Origin: an uncultured Chloroflexia bacterium
Lineage (GTDB): Bacteria > Chloroflexota > Limnocylindria > Limnocylindrales > CSP1-4
Reading direction: 5' to 3'
DNA length: 64,000 bases
Assembly: GCA_963776355.1 (NCBI GenBank)
Contig: CAVZLU010000001.1
Span: 5,685 to 69,684 of the forward strand
This document shows, in pieces, positions 1-9,113 of this stretch. How positions within the stretch are numbered: the first letter of the stretch is position 1; each line of letters begins with the position of its first letter. Under the pieces are notes generated by a model. It did not search any database. It was not told where the DNA came from and saw only the letters and a program-made list of their open reading frames with translations. Made by a program: the position numbers and the translations under genes.

Positions 1-2807
1 CCGTGGGTAATCCGAATAACAATCAGTATCTGGGAGCCAGGGCGGGTCAGCCGGGAGTAGAGGTTAACGGCCAGCGGCCCGGAAGCAACAACTATACGGT
101 GGACGAGATGGACGACGCCAAAAGCACGGTCAGCAGCATCATTCTCTATCCGCCCGTGGATGCCATCCAGGAGTTCAAGGTGCAAACCAGTAATCAGGAA
201 TCGGAATTCGGCAAAAATCCGGGTGGCACCGTGAACGTGGTAATCCGAGAGCGGAACCGATAGTTACACGGAAACGTGTATGAATTTTTGCGGAACGACG
301 CCCTGGACGCCAAGAATTTCTTCGATCGGAGCGACTTGCGCATTCCCGCGTTCAGGATGAACCAGTTTGGCGGCACGCTGGGCAGCCCGATTGTGCGGAA
401 CAAAACCTTCGTTTTCGGATACTACGAAGGGTACAAGATCCGTCAGGCGCAGACCTACCTGGATTCCGTGCCCACACCGCCAATGCGCACCGGGAACCTG
501 TCGGAGTTAGGCAAGCCCATCTACGATCCGCTTACTTACGACCCACAGACGAATCTGAAGCAGCGATTCCCGAACGATACAATTCCGGCCAGCCGGCTGG
601 ATGTAGCGGCCCAGCGCCTGATAACGCTCAACGAGCCGCTGCCTAACGCTTCAGGCGTGGGCAACAACTTCCTGTATAATCCCAGACGCAACTCGGACAG
701 CAACGGCTTCGGGACGCGGATCGATCATCAGTTCCGGGAAAAGGATAATTTGTTCGGTCGATTCATCCTGCAAAACTTCAAACTGGATAATACAAGCATC
801 CTAAGCCTTCCGATTCTGCCCAGTCCGTACACTAAGAACACCCAGTCGATCCAGGCCGCTCCTGAGACGCTGAACGCGCGCGGGCTCGCGATCGGGCACA
901 CGCACGTGTTTACGCCCCGCTGGGTCGATGAACTGCGTCTCGGCTACACTCGTGAGCATGTTTACTTCGCCAATCCGTTACAGGGCGATAACGTGGCTGA
1001 CAAGGTAGGCATCCCGTTCGTGAACAATCCGGCTATAGCGTATTCGAGTGGGATGCCAAGCTTTTCGGTGACCGGGTTTACGGGACTCGGCGAATCCGGC
1101 ATTCAGCCGTTCATAGTAACTGACAACAACTATGAGGTGACCAACCACGTGACCTGGCTGAAGGGTCGACACAGTATCAAGTTAGGAGGTGACTTAATCC
1201 GGCGCCAGTACAATTTCTTTCAATCCAGCAGCCAGCGTGGGAGCTTCTCGTTCAATGGACAATTCACCAGCCAGATTGGAATCGGCAATACGGGTAGCGG
1301 CATGGGTGATTTCCTGCTTGGATTGCCATCGGAGCAGTGCCTTGACTGTGCTCCTCGGCGAAGTGGGGCGAGCGCCAGATTGAAGCCGGCGGGGTATGTG
1401 CAGGATAGTTGGAAGGCAACTGGCTAGTTTCACTTACTTTCGGTCTGCGGTACGAATTGTATACGCCGCGGGTGGAAGTAGCCGACCGGCAAGCGAATTT
1501 TGCCCCGACCGTACCCGGCGGCGCAGTGGTGCTGGCCGGTTCCGGTGCGCCATGCGGGCGCGCCCTTCGATGCATCGATTTCGGAGACTTCGCGCCACGT
1601 TTCGGCTTTGCTTACCAGTTGAACTCGAAGTTCGTCGTTGCGCGGTGGTTACGGCTTTTTCTACGACGACTACGCCGTGCATGGGTTCGGGGGAACTTCC
1701 GGACTGATGTATCAGCCGCCATTCGCCTGGAGTTCTTCCATAACCACTCCAATCACCAGTCCCACCAACCGGCTGGAGGATGGCATTCCGCCTGTGATTA
1801 CTATACCCATAACGAACGGTAAGGTGTCCCGTCAGAGGCGTCTTATACACCTCCACCTACCAAAACCCGTACGGCAAGAACTCCTACGTCCAACAGCGAA
1901 ACCTCACTGTCGAACAGCTACTGACGAAAGATTTGGTATTGTCGGCATCATGCGTGGGCAACAAGGGAACGCGAAATATGTTTAGGTCGGATGTAAACCG
2001 GGCCGTTCCAGGTCCTGGCGACGTGCAGTTACGACGTCCGTTTCAGGGTGGCCGGGCGTGACCGCGATGTTCAACGATGGCCAGTCCAGCTACAACAGTC
2101 TGCAGATGAAGGCGCAGCAACGCCTGGCGCGCGGCTTCAGGTTCCTGGCGGGCTATACGTTTGCAAAAGCCATGGACGACGGCAAGGGTGAAGGCAGCGT
2201 TGTGCAGGATGCTTATTACCGGAAAGGAGACCGGGGGCGCTCGGATTGGGACGTGACCCACCGTTTCGTATTCAGCTCGACGTACGAGTTGCCGTTTGCC
2301 GGGGTAAGAGTATGGCAGGAGGGCTTGGAAAGCTTGGTTCGAAGCTGGTGGAAGGCTGGAATATTAACGGCATCGTCCAGGTTCGACCGGGCTTCCGTTA
2401 ACACCCACCCTGGCGACTCCGCTCGCTAACACAGGCACATCGAGCCGGGCGAACTGTATCGCGAATCCGATACTCAGCAATCCAACGCCAACAGATGGTT
2501 CGATCCCTCGGCCTTCGGGACGCCGGCCCTCTACACTTTCGGAAACTGCGGCCGAAACACTTTCAATGGTCCCGGAACGCACCAGGTGGATGTGAATTTC
2601 GAGAAGACGACATATCTTTCCGGAGAGCGGAGCCGGTATGTGCAGTTCCGCATGGAAATGTTCAACCTGTTCAATACGCCTCAGTTCAATAACCCCAACA
2701 TTTCGATCGGGTCGCCGACTGTGGGCACGATCTCGAGCGCGGGAGATCCGGCAAATTTTACGCGGACTTCCAGGCAGATCCAGCTTGCATTGAAGTTCTA
2801 TTTTTGA
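1..2807 (+). CDS. TonB-dependent outer-membrane receptor (Acidobacteria Oar-like), 5'-partial, broken by several frameshifts
   Basis: Consecutive fragments (3-263, 276-1427, 1409-1822, 1638-1985, 2058-2429, 2586-2807) with family motifs VNGQR, DAIQEFKVQT, YEFLRNDALDAKNFF, NQFGGTLG, YVQDSWK, FAPRFGFAY, EMFNLFNTPQF and C-terminal RQIQLALKFYF. Confidence 0.9.
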
Positions 2808-2950
2808 CAGTGCTAACTCTCAAACAGGGTGTAACGGTGGAGCGCACGCGCGCGTCCAAGCACCCAGCGGCATACCCGGGATGAGGCCTGGACGCACTCA
2901 GCCCTACGCCAGCCCTTGTGCCCGGTGCCGAAATGGAGTACACGTCGATT

Positions 2951-3931
2951 ATGAGGAATAATCTCATTCGCTTCGCAATGCCCCACAGCGCACTGGTTCC
3001 GCTTTCGCTGCTTATGTGCCTTGCGCCAATACTGCGCGCCGATGTCACGCTCCGCTATACATCCGATGTGCAGTTGGCCTCCTTCCTGCCTCCTGAGATG
3101 CTCGATCAGTTTCAAAAGGGCCTGAAAGGGGCTGTGGGAGCATCGCAGACGATTCGCATGAAGGGCAACAAGGGATATACGACTGCCGGCAAGTTCCTCT
3201 TCATCGTGGATTTCGACAAGCAGGAATTGACGATGGTGGATGGCGAGAACAAGCACGTGGCGACCGTGCCCGCCGGCCAGTACTCCGAGAAGATGCTGGC
3301 CTCGATGCCCAAGATCCCGGAGGAGGCGCGCAAGGTGTTCGACTCGACGAAAGTCTCCTTCGATTCGCACAAGACAGGACGCACCGAATTGATTCAGGGC
3401 GTCCAGGCGGAGGAGCGCGAGGTGGTGCTCTCGATCGAAATGCCCGTACCCGGCGGAGATCAGGTCATCCCCATGATGAAAATGGTTATGCAGATCTGGA
3501 CGGCCAAGCCCGAGGAGGCGCTCCGCGTTCAGGCCATCCGCGAATTAACCGGGTACAACCTGTGGACCGGTTACTTCATGAATCCCGGCGAGTCGCTAGG
3601 AAAAATGTTCGGCGCGATGCCCGGCTTCGGTAAAGGCATGAACTCGATGTTGGAGGAGATGGCGAAGAATAAGTCCGTGATGCTGCGGTCTCAAATAAGC
3701 CTCTACTCCTCTTTCTTCGCGCAGATGGCGCAGAACATGCAGAAACAAGGCAAGCCGCTGCCGCCCAGTTACGATCCGGACGCTCCCATCGTGCAGGTGA
3801 AGCAGGAGGCCGCGGAGTTGTCCACGGCGTCTGTGGAGGATTCGACATTTCAGGTTCCCGAAGGCTATACGGCGGTGCCCATGGAAGACCTGATGAAGGC
3901 TCTGGTACAGCCGCACCAGCCGACGCTGTAG
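2951..3931 (+). CDS. Secreted hypothetical protein (DUF4412-like)
   Basis: Long ORF with coding-like codon usage, signal-peptide-like N terminus ending LRA-DVT, C-terminal STFQVPEGY motif; start uncertain (2918/2933/2951/2978). Confidence 0.65.
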   Translation: MRNNLIRFAMPHSALVPLSLLMCLAPILRADVTLRYTSDVQLASFLPPEMLDQFQKGLKGAVGASQTIRMKGNKGYTTAGKFLFIVDFDKQELTMVDGENKHVATVPAGQYSEKMLASMPKIPEEARKVFDSTKVSFDSHKTGRTELIQGVQAEEREVVLSIEMPVPGGDQVIPMMKMVMQIWTAKPEEALRVQAIRELTGYNLWTGYFMNPGESLGKMFGAMPGFGKGMNSMLEEMAKNKSVMLRSQISLYSSFFAQMAQNMQKQGKPLPPSYDPDAPIVQVKQEAAELSTASVEDSTFQVPEGYTAVPMEDLMKALVQPHQPTL

Positions 3932-4100
3932 CATAGCCCGCAACCGGCGGATTCATAACGTCCCCATACTGATCGCAGAATCGCGGAGGGCCTTGACTGA
4001 CCTGTACGCCGGGCTGCAGGGGAGCCGCAGCCGCGTCCCAACGGCCCGTATCAACCAGTTTCAGTTTCTTGTTGCCCCGCAAGGTAGAATAACCCCATTG

Positions 4101-5430
4101 ATGCCTCCTTCTCATGGGCCTTATCTCCTGCTGCTGACGCTTGGGTCGGTAGCACTGTTGCTGGTGTTGATTCTGGTAGTTCGGCTGCACGCCTTTCTGG
4201 CGCTGCTGCTGTCGGCCATGGCGCTCGGCTTGGGCGCGGGCATGGCGCCGGTCAAGGTGCTGGCGTCCGTGCAGGCCGGATTCGGCGAGGCCCTGGGATT
4301 CATTGCCATCGTGGTGGGTCTGGGTGCGATGATCGGACGGTTTCTGGAACACGCCGGCGGCGGGCGCGCGCTGGCCGACTGGTTGCTCTCGAAATTCGGA
4401 CGTGAGCGCGCAGTCTGGGCCGTGCTGTTCGCGGCCTTTCTGGTGGGCCTGCCGATTTTCTTCGAAGTCGGATTCATTATCCTGGTGCCGCTGGTATGGA
4501 ACCTGGCGCGCGAGTCGAAACGGTCGCTGCTGTACTACGGGATGGCGCTGATGGCGCCGCTGACCGTCACGCACGCGCTGGTGCCGCCGCATCCGGCGCC
4601 GTCGGCTGCCTGCCAACTGTTGGGCGGCAGACCTGGGGCGCGTGATTCTTTACGGCGCGGCGCTTTCACTGCCGATGGCGATCGTCGAGCGGCATTCTGT
4701 ATGGCGGCTGGATAGCGCGGCGGATTTTGTGCCGCTGCCCGCCATGGCGATCGATCGGCAGCCGGACGCGCCGGGCGAGGCAAGAACCCGCCGCCCGTGC
4801 CCCTGGTCGTGCTCATTCTGCTGTTGCCGGTTATCCTGATCTTCGGGCACTACGATTTGGGGAGGTCCGGTCTTCAGCTTTCGTGGGTCATCCGTTTACC
4901 GCGCTCACAATCGCCGCGCTGGCGGCGATGCTCTGCTTCGGCTTCGCGCGCGGGCTCGACCGCAAGGGCATTTCCAAAATGGCAACGGATGCTTTGGAGC
5001 CGATCGGCACGTTGCTCGTGATCATGGGCGGCGGCGGCGCCTTCAAGCAGGTCATCGTGGATTCGGGCGTGGGCCCCTACGCGGCCAAGATGCTGGCGGC
5101 ATCCAGCATCTCGCCGCTGTTGGTGGTGTACCTGATGGCCGCCGTGATGCGCGTCGTGCAAGGTTCGGCCACGGTGGCGATCATCACCGCGGCCGGGATC
5201 GCGGCGCCCATGGTGAAGGGCATTCCCGGGTATCGGCCGGAGATGATCGTGCTGGCTTGTGCTGCGGCGGTACGTTCCTTTCGCACGTGAACGACGCCGG
5301 GTTCTGGATGGTGAATCAGTACCTGGGCATGACCGTGCCGCAAACACTCAAATCCTGGACCATGCTGAAAATGATCGCGTCCGTGACCGGATTCGCGATT
5401 GTGCTGCTGGCGCAGTGGCTGATCGGCTGA
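4101..5430 (+). CDS. gntP: GntP-family gluconate:H+ symporter (frameshifted)
   Basis: Hydrophobic fragments with LHAFLALLL, GLGAMIGRFLE, FFEVGFIILVPL, HALVPPHPAP, GGGGAFKQVIVDSG, QGSATVA, SHVNDAGFW motifs in shifting frames. Confidence 0.85.
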
Positions 5431-5435
5431 ACGGA

Positions 5436-5764
5436 ATGATGAAACTATACGACCTGGATCCGGGATCCGACTGCCCGGAGATTGTGCGCATGATCGTCGA
5501 GATCCCCAAGAACTCGGCGAATAAATACGAGTACGACGGGGAACTGGGTGTGTTCCGGCTGGACCGGGCGCTGTATTCGCCGATGCATTATCCGGGCGAC
5601 TATGGCTTCATCCCGGGGACGCTGGCCGAAGACGGGGATCCCATGGACGTGCTGGCGCTGGTGGAAGAGCCCAGCTTTTCCGGATGTCTGATCGGGGTGC
5701 GACCGCTGGGGTTGCTGGATATGCTGGACCAGGAGGAGCCGGACCAGAAGATCCTCGCGGTGCC
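5436..5764 (+). pseudogene. ppa: Family I inorganic pyrophosphatase, 3' part lost by insertion
   Basis: IEIPK-like, NKYEYD, LDRALYSPMHYPGDYGFIPGTLAEDGDPMDVL, DQKILAVP; similarity stops at ~5764 where mobile DNA begins. Confidence 0.9.
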
Positions 5765-5771
5765 CCTCGGG

Positions 5772-6420
5772 GTCGAGTAGGCCCAGGGAATCTCACCCCG
5801 AGCCCCTCACGGAACCGTGCTTGAGCCTCTCGACTCACACGGCTCGTGCCACCCCCTGAAGGCTACCGCCTTCCGTCGAAACCAGCCGGTTCCTCCTGTT
5901 GTCAGTTGACCGAAACGGCTCCAACGCGGATGGCCCGCCCCCTTCCCTCCACGGACATTACTCCGCTTCATCGGTACTACGAGGCAGTCCGCCCCTGATT
6001 GTCGCATCGGTACTTTCCGCCTCGCGGGTCTTCCGCTTGTGCCTTTTCCCTTGCCATCGCCAACCAGGTTCTCGAGTTCCGTACAAAAGCCCGAATTTGA
6101 GTCACGCCTCTTCTACACCGGACACCACATGGCCCGAAAGTAGGTCTCCTGCCATGCTGATCCCAGAGCAGTGACCACGCCCTGGTTCTGATGCCATCCG
6201 AAGTTTTGTTTCGATGCTTCATCAAAGGTTCGCTTACGCTCGTCTCTCAAATCCATACATGACGAAATCTAATGTCTCGCCTTTTAACCGTGACGTTCAC
6301 CACCGCGGCTTTTGCCCGAAGCAGCTCACGGCTGTTTGAAGCCTCCTCCTACCAGACGGCTTCGAAGGGCCTACCTCCATCTTTCGCACAGCATGACGCT
6401 TTCGCGTCTTCTCGACACAC
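5772..6420 (-). ncRNA. ORF-less group II intron (IIB-like), 649 nt
   Basis: Minus strand begins GUGUG (6420); 34-nt domain V GAGCCGUGUGAGUCGAGAGGCUCAAGCACGGUUC (5845-5812); domain VI ending CUACUCGAC (5772); no RT ORF in domain IV; EBS1/EBS2 complementary to the flanking 5' exon. Confidence 0.92.
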
Positions 6421-6467
6421 GATCACTTCAAAACCGGCCAACGGACCATCACCTGGACGAACTTGTT

Positions 6468-7487
6468 TTACCTTACCGGCTGGCGGTCTGGCAAGTCCAG
6501 TTTGACCCAGTCCGGTCCCTCATCGTCAGCCCTGAGATGCCGGCTGTCATCCAGCCCGACGTTCTGCAGGACCATATTCCAGTCCTCCCCTTCCTGCGTC
6601 GGAAGGTGAGCTTTGAAAATCAAGTCACTTCTTCCCGTTCTGCGGGCGATACTCGCTACCGCCTCACGAATTACCTCCACCAGCTGGCGTCCTGCATTAT
6701 CGGCGTCGAATGCCGCTACGATTTCGGCCCCGGCCGGTAGCTTCGCGATAGTCGCTTGGACCAGTTCGCTTTGCCGTGAGCTTGGTTTGCCACCCAAGCT
6801 GGCATAGCGGGTCTGGTCCTCCGCATCCGGAAACAGCGCGGCATGGGAGAGCGCGTCCACGGCGCTCTCGGTCAAGATCAGACGCCGGTCGGCCGGCTGG
6901 GTATGCGACATCCACAAACCCTTTTGGCCCCCGGCGGCAAAGCCGGTGAATCCACTATTCTTGATCTCGTATCCGCACAACCCCGCGGCATCGAAATGTG
7001 GAAATACCGTGTTGCCGAGGGAGTCGATCCGCATGCGGCCCGCCAACCGCGGCGATAACAGCGCTGCTGCGGGCACACAGCGCTCGTGTTCGAGATACGG
7101 AAACCGCTGTGCGTCTACCATGCGCCGGTACGCGCCTTCGACACGCATCCGGTCCGGCCCGGCCGGCTCCAGTTTGGGGAACTGCGAGGAGATCGCAGGC
7201 CGGCCGATCCATGGCCGCAGGATCTGACGCACCGCACCGAGACTCAGATTCTGGCGCCTTTGCAGAAGATCGATGACGGTGCCGTTGTCCCGGTCATCTC
7301 TCACGGAAAAGAAGACATAATGGCCATTGCCATTGCGCTTGACGACGATCTTGTCGGCGCCGCGCCGCAGCACCGTGCTTCCGCGCCAGCTCTCGCGCCG
7401 GTCGATCTCATAGCCAAGGCTCACGGCAAATTGGCGTAGATCGATCTGCCGTTTGAAGGCATCGAGTTCGCTATCCTGGTTCCTCAT
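6468..7487 (-). CDS. DUF3991 + Toprim-domain protein (primase-like, plasmid-type)
   Basis: DNGTVIDLLQ, CGYEIKN, GFTGFAAGGQKGLW, LILTESAVDALSH, YASLGG, AAFDADNAG (Toprim E and DxD). Confidence 0.8.
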   Translation of the reverse strand: MRNQDSELDAFKRQIDLRQFAVSLGYEIDRRESWRGSTVLRRGADKIVVKRNGNGHYVFFSVRDDRDNGTVIDLLQRRQNLSLGAVRQILRPWIGRPAISSQFPKLEPAGPDRMRVEGAYRRMVDAQRFPYLEHERCVPAAALLSPRLAGRMRIDSLGNTVFPHFDAAGLCGYEIKNSGFTGFAAGGQKGLWMSHTQPADRRLILTESAVDALSHAALFPDAEDQTRYASLGGKPSSRQSELVQATIAKLPAGAEIVAAFDADNAGRQLVEVIREAVASIARRTGRSDLIFKAHLPTQEGEDWNMVLQNVGLDDSRHLRADDEGPDWVKLDLPDRQPVR

Positions 7488-7535
7488 CAGAAAAAACCTT
7501 TTCCTTCCCTATTGCCCGTTTTTCTTCGTGGGTGA

Positions 7536-7961
7536 TCACTGGCTTTCCGCCGCTGTAGCTGCTGCCAGCTTGGTGCGCCAACTCCGCGGGCCGCACTTGA
7601 GCACATGCCCGTGGTGCAGCAGCCGGTCCAGCATGGCGGTGACCGCGGCCGCATCGCCCAGCAGTTTTCCCCAGTCTTCCACGGGTCTGTTCGAGGTCAG
7701 CAGCGTGCTCGCCCGTTCGTATCGCCGCATGATGATTTCCAGCAGGTCCTCGGCCGCGGTATGCGGCAGTTTGCGCATGCCGAAATCGTCGATGATGAGG
7801 AGCGGCACGCTGGCCACCGACTCCATGAACTGCTTGCGCGTACCCTCCACTACCGCCTCCGCCAGATTGTCCAGCAGGACATGCGTCTCCCGGTACAGCA
7901 CACGATAGTTCTGTTGGATAGCGGCTTGGCCGATGGCTTGGCCCAAGTGACTCTTTCCCGT
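7536..7961 (-). pseudogene. istB: IS21 helper ATPase IstB, 3' part
   Basis: (T)GKSHLGQAIG, LLIIDDFG (Walker B), RRYERASTLLTSNRPVEDW, AMLDRLLHHG. Confidence 0.92.
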
Positions 7962-7963
7962 CC

Positions 7964-8386
7964 CACCAGAGCCAGTCACATGATGCCTATGTTTCCGAGC
8001 GCGTAACGGTACATTACCGTTGGCTCGCTCTCCACGAAGTTACCCTTGACTGTCACCGGAGGGTTTCTCTTCCTGATGGTGAGCACCTCCACTGTGAGTT
8101 GCCGGATGGAGCGATGGGTGCGATTCCACTTTGGATGACAGATCCTGTGACCTGTGCCGGCTTCTCTTTCGGTGAACCCTTGGTTTCAGTCGAAGCGCTC
8201 AGCAATCTCCGCGCGCTGCTGGACTCGGTGCGATCCAGGCATTCGACCAGGGCAGGCACCGAAGGAAGCGGAGAGGAGAGCCATAAGGGGCCAAGGGTCT
8301 CAGCGCCCCAAGAGATGACGCGGGAAGTTTCGGGGCCAATCATACTGCGAACTTTAAGGAGTCCCGGGGGTGAGGGAAAGTGCTGA
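7964..8386 (+). CDS. Small accessory protein of the recombinase element (Y4bD/DUF5372-like), lacking its start codon in the integrated state
   Basis: Stop-free frame from the element's left end: HDAYVSERVTVHYRWLALH...ELPDGAMGAIPLWMTDPVTCAGFSFGEPLVSVEALSNLRALL; no ATG/GTG/TTG until 8099; family name from recollection only. Confidence 0.65.
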   Translation, partial: HQSQSHDAYVSERVTVHYRWLALHEVTLDCHRRVSLPDGEHLHCELPDGAMGAIPLWMTDPVTCAGFSFGEPLVSVEALSNLRALLDSVRSRHSTRAGTEGSGEESHKGPRVSAPQEMTREVSGPIILRTLRSPGGEGKC

Positions 8387-8916
8387 AACCGGATGTCATG
8401 CACTGCGCGACGGGAAACGTACGACACAGCTTCCGGAGAGTTTCTCCACACAGGCTGGTCGCAGCCGTTTTCGAAGTGGTGCGAAGATACAGCGCACCAA
8501 CGATGCGGCTGATCAGGCTCAACTATAGTCGGGCCCGAAGCGTGCTATGTGTCTGCCGGATTTACCCCGGCTGTTGGCTTCATAATCCGACAACTCTCTC
8601 TCAGTGGGTCTATAGTGTTGGTGATCGTCACCACCTAAAACAGGAGTGCCACCGGAATAACTCGCGATGCCGATTCTTCTCTGTAAGGATGCCTCCTCTC
8701 TCCAATCGGCTCGATTACCCGTCCGGCGTAGTCTCAGTGTCGGGCACTCTCTTGTCCGAATCAACACCGCCAACGAATCCAGCTGAGGTCCCTTGGCCGA
8801 GTTTCGTCTCGGATCTATGCTTGGCGCTGGCGACCTCCTATGATTACGGAAAGGTGCCGGCGGTCTGTCGGTGCCTCGTAGCCAAGAACGAAGACCGAAG
8901 GAGATACGCAGCAGCA

Positions 8917-9113
8917 TGACTCGGAATCCTAAAGCGCCAGCGGCCCACCAGCAGCTGCTCTTTTTTCAGGCAGCCCAGCGACCACTAGAGCTGCCCAGCG
9001 ACAAACAACGAGAACTCCAAACAGCAGTAGCGGACCTTCTGTTGAATGCCCTCACGGGTGACGATCTCATCGACAGTGGAGGAACTGATGACGAACCCCA
9101 AGCTCACGCCTGA
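8917..9113 (+). CDS. Small hypothetical protein overlapping the recombinase start
   Basis: MTRNPK...QQLLFF...LPSDKQRELQTAVADLLLNAL; overlaps the recombinase 5' end, a layout I recall in related elements. Confidence 0.55.

Noticed and set aside
6421-6505. Possible ppa 3' exon after the intron
   Set aside because: The translation has no PPase motifs, the intron is antisense to ppa, and the sequence resembles an IS end
5807-6740. Short ORFs within and overlapping the intron
   Set aside because: No RT or maturase motifs; they overlap structured RNA domains
8850-8865. GGTGCCG match between the element interior and the target flank, as a possible guide RNA
   Set aside because: Only 7 nt, expected by chance; no structural support
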